Shown: piece by piece, positions 49,669 to 61,600 of the stretch
How the letters are laid out: each line of letters starts with the position of its first letter
Position numbering within the stretch: position 1 is the first letter of the stretch
NCBI GenBank assembly: GCA_902762855.1
Contig: CACWPR010000001.1
Span: 7,656 to 71,655 of the forward strand
Reading direction: 5' to 3'
DNA length: 64,000 bases
DNA from: Ruminococcus flavefaciens
Lineage (GTDB): Bacteria > Bacillota > Clostridia > Oscillospirales > Ruminococcaceae
Notes under the pieces: model-generated
Told to the model about the DNA's origin: nothing
Databases searched by the model: none
Seen by the model: the letters and a program-made list of their open reading frames with translations, nothing else
Made by a program: the position numbers and the translations under genes

Positions 49669-50405
49669 TATTTGCTATCTCCTTTATCCTTATCATTTCT
49701 ATTTATCCATTTGATATATGGCGTTTTGTCAACTCCGTATATCGACAATACTTCAACAACATTCATATAACTTACTCTTCCTAAATTTCTAATGTCCATA
49801 AGTTCCTTTGGATCGAGAACAGCTACGTCACGGAGTGTGCTTAAGCCATACCTATGCAAACAATTGTATGCACGAATCGGCATAGATAGATCTTCCAATA
49901 GTATATGAGGAAGCTCGTTTATATCTTTAAGTTCCGCACCTTCTTGTCTCAATGAGAAGCTTTTTTCTTTTTCAAGTGAATTGTGACCGTCTTTGAATCC
50001 ATCATTATACCCATTCATATATCCTTCATCAAATCCTTGCTTTTTTCCTTGATCCGTGAGCATTTTCTCATAAGATTTGAAACCGAGAGTGGTTATATAT
50101 ACGAAAGGACTGGTATCAAGTTTAGATAAAAGCCGTTCTTTAAGGTTCTTGAAACTATTTACTGTTAAATTGAATCTTTTGCAAATCGCATTAATCGAAA
50201 CATTATCACGATAATAAAGGTGAAAGACCTCTGCTTCATAGTCGGAGAATAAAACAGAGATGAAGTATTCAAATAAGTGTAGTACGTCTGCTCTGCCATA
50301 GTAAACAGTAATGTCACGATCTAACTTAGCTACCCTACGACTGTTATCAACCCAATCTATAAAGGCATTAATAGGATATGATTTTCTTATCTCGGAAGTT
50401 GTCAT
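49668..50405 (-). CDS. Sigma-region-4-like HTH fused to RNA polymerase alpha-CTD-like domain
   Basis: FSDYEAEVFHLYY..SINAICKRFNLT (sigma4-like); LEDLSMPIRAYNCL...ELMDIRNLGRVS (alpha-CTD-like). Confidence 0.72.
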   Translation of the reverse strand: MTTSEIRKSYPINAFIDWVDNSRRVAKLDRDITVYYGRADVLHLFEYFISVLFSDYEAEVFHLYYRDNVSINAICKRFNLTVNSFKNLKERLLSKLDTSPFVYITTLGFKSYEKMLTDQGKKQGFDEGYMNGYNDGFKDGHNSLEKEKSFSLRQEGAELKDINELPHILLEDLSMPIRAYNCLHRYGLSTLRDVAVLDPKELMDIRNLGRVSYMNVVEVLSIYGVDKTPYIKWINRNDKDKGDSK

Positions 50406-50501
50406 ATATCATCACAGCTTTCTCTGTTTTCTATTAACTTAATGCGTAAAATATAACATTATAGTAAGTATAACATAGATGTTTATATTTTGCAATAAAA
50501 A

Positions 50502-50522
50502 AGTGTGTCACGGTGACACACT
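50502..50522. repeat. Palindrome copy 13 (centre G on +)
   Basis: 10 nt after the HEPN stop; 6 nt upstream of a - strand -35 box (50490-50495). Confidence 0.97.
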
Positions 50523-50532
50523 CTTTTATATA

Positions 50533-50940
50533 TTAGTTAATCTCATCGATTTCAGCAAGTTTAGCCTGTAATGTGCATTCAAGACTTATAAATGTGGGAA
50601 TAAAGCTGTCTTTTATGAGTAGCAGCATCTCGTCTATTTCATCCTCACTATAAATGTGGACAGAAGTATTTCTTTTTTTCAGCATAACGAGCCATACCTC
50701 TGCATTAGCTATAAATCCGCATTTATAGCCGAGTTGAAGGATTTCACGAGGAGAGCCTGTTTCTGCATTTTCTACACCGTGAAGCCTCAGAACAGCCTGT
50801 AAAGCCTTCCAAGCAAGTTCAAATGTTAAATTGAATTGACCGATAACACCGGTTCGGTAGATCTCATTCTGGTCAGCCATTTCAAAATCTGCGTTTTTGA
50901 GTATCTTCAAGCAGTTAGAAAAATTTTCAACTTTTTTCAT
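50533..50940 (-). CDS. HEPN toxin (HI0074-like nucleotidyltransferase substrate-binding family)
   Basis: GQFNLTFELAWK, SPREILQLG, Rx4H motif RNTSVH; start may be 50940 or 50970. Confidence 0.88.
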   Translation of the reverse strand: MKKVENFSNCLKILKNADFEMADQNEIYRTGVIGQFNLTFELAWKALQAVLRLHGVENAETGSPREILQLGYKCGFIANAEVWLVMLKKRNTSVHIYSEDEIDEMLLLIKDSFIPTFISLECTLQAKLAEIDEIN

Positions 50941-51217
50941 ATAGCAATATACCGTCCCTCTCAATTTCATCTTGTAGCTCTTGACTTATACCTTTATCGA
51001 GATCAACAACATCAAACATCAGGAGAGTGTGAGAATTATCTTTTATATCGTAGTAAAAATCAAGATAATTACCACCGCTTACAGCAATATCAATGTCACT
51101 TCTCTCAGAATTCGTTTTTCTCGCACGGGAGCCGAAAAGGATAACTTTTTGTATGCCGTGCTTTTCAGAGAATTTAATTATATCTCTGACCACTCTTTCA
51201 GGAAGATCATAATCCAT
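50927..51217 (-). CDS. Minimal nucleotidyltransferase (MNT) antitoxin
   Basis: LFGSRARKTNSERSDIDIAV (GSx10DxD); promoter TTGCAA-17-TATAAT at 51266-51294. Confidence 0.9.
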   Translation of the reverse strand: MDYDLPERVVRDIIKFSEKHGIQKVILFGSRARKTNSERSDIDIAVSGGNYLDFYYDIKDNSHTLLMFDVVDLDKGISQELQDEIERDGILLYEKS

Positions 51218-51310
51218 ATATAACACCTACTCCCAATAGTATTACACCCACACTAAACTGTAATAATTATAACACAACTGTTTAAGATTTGCAATAGAAA
51301 ATCGAGATAT

Positions 51311-51331
51311 AGTGTGTCACGGTGACACACT
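51311..51331. repeat. Palindrome copy 14 (centre G on +)
   Basis: Supplies the TGA stop of the resolvase gene; last copy seen. Confidence 0.97.
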
Positions 51332-51940
51332 TTTCTCATACTGCTTAACAAGGTTATAAAACGTAGTCTTTTTCAGTCCTAAAAGCTCCATAGCCTGAAC
51401 TGCTGTTATTGAGCCTGACTTCCATTCATTATAGGTATTCTGCCAGTTTTCAGGAAAATCCGCTTTAGGTCTGCCAAGATACTTACCCGAAGCCTTTGCT
51501 GCTTCAATGCCTTGTCGCTGCCTGTTTTTGATGTTCTCACGCTCTTTTTCGGCAGTATAGCTCAAAATCTGGAGAACGAGGTCAACAATAAAGTGCTTGT
51601 CAAGACTATCGCTGCTCTTGCTTGTATCGAGCAAAGGCATATCGAGAACTTTAATATCAGCTTCAAGATTATATGTTATATGCTGCCATTGATCCCTTAT
51701 TTCCTTATAATTTCTGCCGAGCCTGTCCAGAGAAGTGATTATAAGCATATCTCCTGAGTGCAGCATAGGAGCAGTCTCAGCTGTCCCTACAAGGGTATTA
51801 TAGCCTTTACGATTAAAGTCCTTTCCACTTGCCTTATCAGTGATTATGTACCTATCATCCGAAATATACTCACGCAGCATTCGCAGCTGCCGGTCAAGAT
51901 TCTGGTCGGAACTCGATACTCTTGCATATCCGTATTTCAT
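51317..51940 (-). CDS. Serine recombinase, resolvase/invertase family with C-terminal HTH
   Basis: YGYARVSSSDQNLDRQ, SLDRLGRN, RQRQGIEAAKASGKYLGRP, LGLKKTTFY. Confidence 0.94.
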   Translation of the reverse strand: MKYGYARVSSSDQNLDRQLRMLREYISDDRYIITDKASGKDFNRKGYNTLVGTAETAPMLHSGDMLIITSLDRLGRNYKEIRDQWQHITYNLEADIKVLDMPLLDTSKSSDSLDKHFIVDLVLQILSYTAEKERENIKNRQRQGIEAAKASGKYLGRPKADFPENWQNTYNEWKSGSITAVQAMELLGLKKTTFYNLVKQYEKSVSP

Positions 51941-52059
51941 AACTACTCCTTTCCGAAATAATGTGTTGTTGACTTACAATTGAATAATAGTTTATTTTCT
52001 ATATTACAGATTTTTAAAATATTGACATTTATTATAAAATTGTATATAATAATAAAGAG

Positions 52060-52536
52060 GTGATTACTATGAATTATACTGATATTATCAATAATTTAAA
52101 AAACAATATTCAAGCCAAAAATGTCGCTCCGGCTGATTTTGGAGCTTTTGAAAATATTTACGGAGGTACTTCTGAATTATCTAAGGATGCACTAAAAAAC
52201 GGTTATGAAATATTAGATAAGTGTTTGATAGTTCTATCTCATTGTAAATATAAAGAAAGCATCGATAGCGTCTGTAACTATAAGGGTTATTACACTGAGA
52301 ACAGTGATAATGATGAAAGATTTAAAATATATAATGAATACTTTAAAAAGGGTAATTGTGACTTAATTATTGTTATAAATCTGATGAAAGAATTACTAAG
52401 TAAACGTGTTGACCTCAACTCATATTTATGGCGTATTCCATTAACCTGTCTTGCAAATGATGTCGAATTAATTAACAAAGATTTTTTCAATGAATTCATA
52501 CTTCCTGAATTAACTCTTTTCTTTAAAGAATTATAA
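52060..52536 (+). CDS. AT-rich hypothetical cargo protein with its own promoter and terminator
   Basis: TTGACA-17-TATAAT at 52022-52050; hairpin GCCTGCAATTTT...AAAATTGCAGGC after the stop. Confidence 0.7.
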   Translation: MITMNYTDIINNLKNNIQAKNVAPADFGAFENIYGGTSELSKDALKNGYEILDKCLIVLSHCKYKESIDSVCNYKGYYTENSDNDERFKIYNEYFKKGNCDLIIVINLMKELLSKRVDLNSYLWRIPLTCLANDVELINKDFFNEFILPELTLFFKEL

Positions 52537-52616
52537 TTCTTAGCGTTTCTTAGACTTATAAGCCTGCAATTTTTCATTAAGGGAAAATTGCAGGCTTTTT
52601 TATTAAAGCAGCACAA

Positions 52617-55600
52617 TTATAACTCTTCTTTCTCCTGAGAGCTATCTGGGATGCTGCTCTTAGCCTTTTCAGCATAATCACGCTGTATACTGCGAGAAAA
52701 CAATGGCTTTTCCTGAACATTCTCCGCTGTTTGTTTGTCACTTTCTTTAGCATCTTTATCAGTAACTTTCTCCGGAGGTTGTAATTCGATCTCGATCTGA
52801 GCCAACCGTTCCATTTTATCGTGCAGTTCCGCTGCTTGTGGGAACGGCTTGTTCATTTCGATCTCGCCCTCAGCGATCAAAGTCTTTAGTTCCGCTTCTC
52901 TTGCGATGAGGTTATCCAAGCTTTGCGGAAGTCCTGATATAGCATTCTCTATTCTTGTAATATTACCGCCCGGAGAAGTACCAAGATTGATACGATAAGG
53001 CTGATTCTCACGTTTCAGCTCTGCTACATACTGCTGCTGCCACGAATTGAAGGATATACTTACCTTGAAGCCCTTGTATTCAGCCAAAGTCTCCATTTTC
53101 TCAGCATTAGGAGTACATTTGTCTCTCATTGCATAAAGTAAAGCTTCACCGGCTTTCTCACGCTCAGAATAGGTCACACCGCCGATCTTTATATCCAGTA
53201 TCTTCTTTCCGTCCTCATTGAGCCTATCCGGAACGCCTTCAAGGTATTTGATGTCCTCCTTTATATACCCGATACGCTTAGTTGTAGCTTCAAGCTCAAC
53301 AGGATACTTCTTCAGAACATTGTCTTGCAGCTGATAATGCTGATTGTCATAGCTCGACTTTATCATTTTTAGCTCTGCGATCTCATTTTCAAGTGTCATT
53401 TTCTCCTTGATAAGCGGATTTCCGGCACATAGAGCCTTTACCTCTGAGTAAGAAAGTGCATTTGCATCCACATCGGCACAGTTTCTTGCCGGAGACTTTG
53501 AAGTCATAATCTGACCGATAAACTTCTGCTTGTTCTCCAAAGTCTGGAACAAATATGAATCGAAAGTTTTCTCAGTAACATAGCGGAAAAGATGAACTTC
53601 CTTGTTCTCATTGCCTTGTCTTACCATTCTTCCACGTCGCTGCTCCATATCTGCCGGACGCCAAGGTGCATCCAGATCGTGAGAAGCTACAAGCTTTGTC
53701 TGTACGTTTGTACCGCATCCCATTTTCGCAGTCGATCCTATAAGAACCCTTATGTCACCACGGCGAACTTTTGCGAACATTTCAGCTTTCGCAGTTTCGT
53801 TCTTTGCTTCGTGAATAAATGCTATTTCTTCTCTCGGAACTCCCTTTGCAACGAGCTTTTCACGAATATCGTCATAGATCGAGATTTTTCCGACTTCCTC
53901 GATAGCATCATCATTGACCTTTTCTTCGTCCTCCGCATCTTTCTTTACAGGATCACCTTTGATATTAGGAACACCCATATCGCAGAATATAAGCTGTGTC
54001 GAACGATCTTCCTTTGTTTCATTCCAGATATTGAATACATTCTCGACACAAAGATTGACTTTTGTTCCCGGTTCATCAGGCAGAAGGGGATTTATAAGTC
54101 TCTGATCCAGTCCGCATTTGCGTCCGTCATTGGTAACACAGAGCATATTGTCCACGCTGCTGTCAACGCTGCCACTCTGAATCTTGTCTGCACGTTCAGC
54201 AAGTGAAGCTACTATATCAGTCTGAATTTTGGTAGGCTTTGCAACAATTGTCTGTGTTTCACACTCCGGTACATCGAGGTTGAGCTGATCGGAAGTCTTA
54301 ATATCTGCAACTTCCTTGAATAACGACATAAGCTCCGGTATATTATTGAACTTCGCAAAACGTGTTTTCATTCGGTAATCGTTACCGGCAGGACGTACCT
54401 CATAAGCTGATACAGTTTCACCGAAGTTTGCTGCCCAACAATCGAAGTGCTTCAAGCCAAGCTCTTCAAGGCGGTCACTCTGGAGATACTTTTGCATAGT
54501 ATATATCTCCGTCATTGAGTTTGCAACAGGTGTGCCGGTTGCAAAAGTAGTACCACGATTACCGGTTATCTCATCGAGGTAACGGCATTTAGCGTATAGA
54601 TCCGGAGTTTTCTTAGTGTTCTGATTCGTAGAAATGCCCGAAACATTGGTCATTTTCGTAGTCAGGAACAAATTTTTGAACTCGTGAGCCTCGTCAACGA
54701 ACATCTTGTCAATGCCGAGCTGCTCAAACGTAACGACATCGTCCTGATTTTCATTTTGAAGCTTTTCAAGCTTAGTTTCAAGGTTCTTTACAGCCTTTTC
54801 CATTTGCTTAACGGTAAACTTAGCTCCGTCCTGATCTTGCATTTCCTCAATACCGTTTCGGAGATCGTCTATCTGTTCCTGAATAGTTTTCTGCTGCCTT
54901 TCTATGGATACCGGTATCTTTGTTATCTGAGAATGACCGATAATAACAGCATCAAAATTGCCGGTAGCTATCTTAGCACACAGCTTCTGGCGATTTTCCT
55001 TAGTAAAATCGTTCTTTGTTGCGACCAGAATATTCGCATTAGGATAGAGCCTTAAAAAGTCCTGTCCCATCTGCTCTGTCAGGTGATTCGGAACTACCAT
55101 AAGCGACTTATGATGAAGTCCAAGACGTTTTCCTTCCATAGCAGTCGCTATCATTTCAAAGGTCTTGCCAGCACCTACTTCGTGAGCAAACAGCGTATTA
55201 CCGCCGTATAGAGCGTGTGCAATAGCATTCTTCTGATGATCTTTAAGAGTGATTTCCGGATTCATACCTGGGAAGGAAAGGTGCGAACCGTCATATTCAC
55301 GAGGTTTTGTGCTGTTGAAAAGAACATTATATCGCTCAACTAAGAACTCTCTGCGTTCCGGATCTTTAAATACCCATTCCTTGAAAGCTTCTTTTATAGC
55401 TCTCTGCTTCTGCCTTGCAGCAGCAGTTGCCTTATCATCGAGGACGTTCTTCTCTTTTCCCTCATCAGTCTCTATTTTCTTTGTGACCTTTGTATCTCTG
55501 AGGTTAAGTGCATCCTCAAGGAGCTGATAACCATTACGCTTTTCTGTTCCATATGTAGTAGTTACTGTAACATTATACTTATCAGCCGACTTGTTTGTAA

Positions 55601-58600
55601 TGCTCCAAGTTGCTGTCGCACCGCTGTATTTGACCTCTATCGAAGCTCCACGCCACTTGTGTTCATATGGCTGCAACGTTCTCGGAGTTTTGAATGTCTC
55701 GACCATAAACTGCTGAATATAGTCTATCGGAATCCAAGTAGCACCAAGCCGTATATCTATATCACCGGCAGTAAGCTTTTCCGGCATAGCAGCTTTCAGA
55801 GCTTCAACATTCGATGAATAAATAATATCATTCTCGGCAGCAGCCTCCGCAGCAGCAAGCTTGTTCCTGATGTTGCCGGAAAGGTACTCGTCAGCCATTT
55901 CATATTTCGGATTACCCTCGCTGTCGATCCTCTCAGGATTAGGATAGATAACACGGTGAAGGTCAGAAATCAGCTTGTTACGGTCAAATCCGGTAAGGCT
56001 CTGCATATAGTCCAAGTCAACTGTTGCTCTTTCAGAAATGGAGATAGCAAGAGCTTCCTGAGATGTAGAAACGTGAGTTATCTCAACTTTAGGTCTTACT
56101 GTTCTCTTTGAGAATATATCAGCTTTTCCGACTACCTGTCCATTCTCCACCTTTTCAAGAGATTGAAGCAGCGGTGACGATATATCGTCCTTGAAAGCCT
56201 TTATATTTGCCTTATCGTTGAGATTACCGAACTTCGCAACGAACTTATCATACTTAGCTGTGAGCTTATCCTGTGCAGCCTGAACCTGAACATCTGAGCC
56301 ACCATTGAGCTGAATATCCAGTACATCACGAACGGCAGCGTTTATCTCAGTCATACCGTAGATACGCTTATAGCTACCGGAATTCTTAACCGGGAGAAGA
56401 TTTTCGTTGTTACGATAATAAAGCTGATTATCCTTGATAACATAGCTGAAATTCTTTTCATCTTCTGCCGGGAGGACTGTGAGCTTTTCGGGAGCTGAAA
56501 CTGTTATGTCAGATTTTTCAGCTCTTTCGACAGGCTTTATCTCGCAGCTGATGTTCTGTAATGCTTTCCGCAGCTCTGTTCTGAGGTCTTGCCCCTCAAC
56601 CGGTACACACATAGTATCTTTATTGCCGTAGAGCTTGTTGCCCTCAACGATCTTACCGATAATCATTTCCGGATGATCTTCAAAATATTTGTTGATCTGT
56701 AAACCGTCTGCTGTGTGACCGAGCTTTGTCCACTCCGGTTCAGCTCCGATAACCGGTTCTTCACGCTTCTGGAGGAAAAGAATATCAGATGTTACCTCAG
56801 TACCGGCAAGGGACTTGAAAGCATTGTTAGGAAGTCTGACAGCTCCGACAAGCTCTGCACGTTCCGCAAGATATTTGCGGACTGTATCACTCTGCTTATC
56901 GAGCGTACCCTTTGATGTTACAAAAGCAACGACACCGCCGGGACGAACCTTATCGAGCGTTTTAGCGAAGAAGTAGTCGTGTATCTTGAAATGGTGCTTA
57001 TCATAGCGTGAATCAGCTACCATAATATCACCGAAAGGTACATTTCCGACAGCTATATCGAACTTATTATCGCTGAATAAGGTCTTTTCATAGCCTTTGA
57101 CCTTAATATCCGCACTCTGATAGAGCTGCTTTGAGATTCTACCGGAAATGCTGTCAAGCTCAACACCTGTGAGCTGAGAATTGTTTCGCATATCCTCCGG
57201 CATAAGTCCGAAGAAGTTACCGACACCCATAGCCGGTTCAAGAACGTTACCGCCCTTGAATCCCATATTTCCGAGAGCTGCATACATTTCCTCGATGATT
57301 ACCGGAGAAGTATAGAAAGATGTAGTAGTTGAAGCTCTTGCAGCGTTATACTCGTCATTGTTGAGCAGCAGCCTGAGATCGCTGTATTCTTTCCTCCACG
57401 AATCATTTGTGGCATCGAAAGCCTGAGAAAGACCGCCCCAACCTACATACTTAGCGAGGATAGCCTGTTCTTCAGGTGTAGCTATCCTGTTTTCTTCCTC
57501 AATAGTTTTGAGCGTTCTTATAGCAGCCACATTGTTGCGGAACTTCTCCTTTGCACCGCCACTCTGAATATCACTGGTAATACGGAAATCAAGTTTTTCA
57601 GGCTTTTCTGCTTCATTTGTTTCAATAGTAACAGCATTTGCCACCGGTTCAGCTGTAACAGCATCTTCCATAGCTTCAAACAGCGATAACTGACTGAATT
57701 CCGGCTGCTCAACTTCATTTCCGGCTTTCTCAATGAGAGTATAATCGAGCTTTTCTTTCCAATGACCTATATGTGACATACAGGACATAATGTCATTCTT
57801 ATCGGTATTTGTGAGGTATATAGCGAAATCTCCGTCTATTTTATCGACTTTCCATTGCTTGCCCTCAGTTTCGATAATATCACCGACAGAAAGCTCCTGA
57901 ATTGTTGGTGCAGCCTTTTCTACCGACTGGATTTCCTCATATCTATCGGAAATCATATTTTCACTAATGCCAATATCGCCTTTGTATTCTGGTTTGGCAG
58001 TCGGAACAGGCTGCTCATTACTCCATTTTGTCATTCGTTCAGATTCAGGAACACTATTCTTAACTTCGTATTCATAAATGGACTTTACTTTATCACGATA
58101 TTCATTATTTCCTTTATCCTCAGCGGAAATCTGAATCTCTGAGCGTTCCTTGAAGAACTCAGGTAGTTCCTTGAAACCGAAGGAGTCCACATAATATGCT
58201 GTTTCCTTGCCTTTCTGATTCAGAACGATAACATCGCTGACGGAAAGTGAGTGTCCCCGGAAGTCAGTCGGATGATCTACATTGAATTTCTGATAGATAC
58301 CGTCAAGTTTATGCTGCTTGAACTCAATATCATCGAGATTACCGGAATAAACCTCATCATAGTCGGATATTACCGGGTTTATCTGGTGTTCATCGAGCCA
58401 GTCAGAACCTTCAAATTCAAACTGACGGTTGTATTCATTGTCTTTCAGCTGATATATCTTGTATGTTTCCTCTGGTGCAGCAGCTATTTCAATACCCTTT
58501 GAGCTTATATAGTCGGAAACAGCTCTTTCATCGCCGTTTACAGCTGTAATGCTGCCATTCTGATACTCGATTGAAATATCGTGAACATCGCCCTCAAAGG

Positions 58601-61600
58601 AGTGTTCTGCAATAGCTCTTGTAAGCGTGTGATCCTGTCTTTCAAGGTTTTTGAGCCAAGTATTCATAAAGCTATTGATCTCACGCTGCTGTAAAGGCTT
58701 ATCCTCACAAACCTGATATACACCCATATCAGACTGCTCATATGATACCGCAGCTGCGGTCTGGTTTTCGTGATCTATACGCAGCACTATATCCGGATCG
58801 TACATCAGATCACCGTTAGAAATGTAGGTGTGCATAACTGAGAGCTTATCTTTATCTATCCATTCAAGGGATAACGGTTCGTATGTATCGCTTTCACGCT
58901 TCTCATAGTTGTGCTCTTTGTTCATTATATCCGGGAACTGCTTTACAAGAGCTGTATAATTCCTGTGTTCGATAGTGTTCGGGAACTTTTTCGGCTGTGC
59001 AGCTCTTTCGGCTATATCTTTTGATACAAATTCTCTTGCCTCATCAAGTGTTTCACAGAATTTGCCGTTTCCGCTGTAAGCAAAGTCTTTACCGTCAGTA
59101 CTTGTAAGAATCTGAACATTATACTTATACTGTTCATCGCTATTCTCTCTGATGAGATACTTTGTGTTGCTGTCAGCTCCGGCAATCTCTTCCCGGAAAG
59201 GCTCTTTGTAAAGCTCCTGAGTATCAATGAAGTGAAAACTCATAAGCAGCTCTTTATTATCCAGTCGGGAAGTATAGGTATTATTCTCGAATGTCCAGTT
59301 TGAAGCCTTGTCCCACTCCATATGAATATCTTTACCGGAAAGCTGTCCGTTCTCATCGAGCTTCTGCGATGTGAAACCTACTGTATTCACAGAAGTAACT
59401 ACTCTGCGTTCGCCTACGCATTCTGTACGATGATGTTCATCTATCTCAAATGTCATTCCGGGTTTTATCGCTGCTTTGAGCTGAGAGAGATTCTTTATAA
59501 CCGGCAGCGTGTCTGCTAATTCTGGAGCAGACAGCTCTTTTTCCTGTGTTGCATTTCCGACATATTCATATAAGCTGCTCATAAGATTGTTATACGATAC
59601 ATTTTCAGTGATCTCAAAAGCTCCGCTCATACGCTTTACAGTATAATCGTCAGTATAGTAAGGTAAAGCTCCGGACAGTGATACTACCTCTGAAATAACA
59701 CCTGTTGCCTTATTCTTGAATTTGTCGCCAATCTCTATCTTATACGGCTCAGAGTATTCTTCTGGAGAGCGTTCAGCCTTTATTTTCTGCCATTCTGTCT
59801 GCTGTTCAGAAGATAAATATGTATTGTTGCTCAAACTGTATTCTGCGGCAGTTGCAGTTTCTTCCCAAGAAAAAGCATATTTTTCTCCATTTTCAAATGA
59901 AAACGTTACTCCTTTGCTGTCAAAACTTACAAGTGAGATATTACCGTCCCCGGTATGACCTCCGGTTCCGTATTCTTTTTTCATAAAATCAGCTAATTCG
60001 TTAGTTGTTGGATGATTTGGCTGACTTCGGCTTTTCTCATAGAATTCCTGAATACGGAGCTTTCCGTTTTCAAAAGCTGTACCTTTTATTACTTCATCTA
60101 CCAATGCTGCATATACCTGAACGCCGTCTACAATCGGACCTTTAGCGAAACCGCTTTCAGGACTGCTTGTTTCACCGGATTCAGGTTCAGATATATCATC
60201 AAGCACCAATGCAGGCTGTTCCGCAGCCTTTTCTTCCTCTATTCTTACGTCATACTTCATATATGCTATCGAAGCAAAGGCTTTTTCCGTCTGTTCCTCA
60301 TTATTGAGAATACCGTTCAGAGCTTGCTTGATACGGTTTGTTTTGATCTGATCGTTCTCCCAATCGTGCATAACAGCACCGTCAAAGGCAGCTATCAGCT
60401 CTTTTGCTGTATCTTCTGAAAGCTCCGGCAGCTCATCGTGAAGATCCTGTACTGTTCTTCCGAATACAATATCATTGTATTCTCCCTCAATGAGCGACAG
60501 ATAACCTTCGCCCATAGCTTCATAAGTCACTTCACGTTCAGCATTGCCGTATTTTGCTGTAAACGATTCCTCACCGTATTCGATAATAAATTCGTCCCAG
60601 TTGGAGTTTCTGAATGTTTTCTGGTTGCCGAGCATAGCCAGAGCGAGGTCTTTGCGTATATCCTCACCGCTATTCATACGGCGAGAGAGGTCAAATAATG
60701 CAGTTTCGGGAAGATTATTGCCAAATTTGATTTTTTCACCGGGGTTGTGCTTATCAGTATAGCCTTTTTCAAAGAGAACATATCCCATATCCTCGATTTC
60801 GTCCCACGCAAGATCTGCTTTTGCCATAAACTTAACTATATCTCCGGTAAGGAAGGACATTTCCTTATCAGTATATTCAGGTTCAACTTCTTCCTGTGCT
60901 ATTTCATCGACACGCTGAAATCTATCGATGACTTCACGCAGCTCGTCATCGGCAGCATTATCCTTGTTATTGAAATCTTCATCAGGTTTGAAGAACTCTC
61001 TCGCATCATAGTCAAAGCTATCATTTGTGCTATTAATACCGTAACTAAAACAGTTTGATAAGATATATTCTCTGAAATTCTCGCTGTTAAGAGCCTTTTC
61101 AAGCTGTTTTTCGTACACATTATAGTATTCAAGCTGCTGCTTTTCCTGAGAATAACGAGTAAGTGTTACGCTTTTATCTTCATAATTGACATAGTATTTT
61201 TCCATATCCTGACCTGAAAGTCTTTTCGCAAGTCCCTCACGCTCGATAGCTTTGTATGTGAAGTTGTTTTCAAGTTTATTGAGCAGTTCCAGAGCTTGCT
61301 TAGAATCGGATAAAACATTGTCGTTTCCTTCTCTTTCAGCATCATTTCTCGCTGCTTCAAAGTAATTACGGAGATTGAGAGTATATCCGCTGCGGAGATC
61401 ATCGAGAGCATTGATGTATGCGTTCTGACCGGTATTGAAGTCAATCCAGTCAAATTCCATATACATCTTACTTATGCTATAATCCTCATCAACGTCCAGA
61501 TTTTCGATGATATTACAAATATCGTCATACATCTGCTGAACTTCGATGTCCTTCGGAGCTGCCTTGTACACAGTATTACTGTCGAACCAAGCATATTTAC

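Larger units (their letters stand above)
38646..51331. repeat. Dispersed array of 14 copies of the 21-bp palindrome AGTGTGTCAC[C/G]GTGACACACT
   Basis: Copies read directly at 38646, 38957, 39240, 39527, 40398, 40575, 41417, 42110, 42982, 43989, 46443, 47995, 50502, 51311; 11 exact, 3 with one substitution. Confidence 0.97.

Noticed and set aside
38646-51331. Palindrome array as a CRISPR array
   Set aside because: Repeats are only 21 bp, intervals are gene-sized and highly variable, and no cas genes are present
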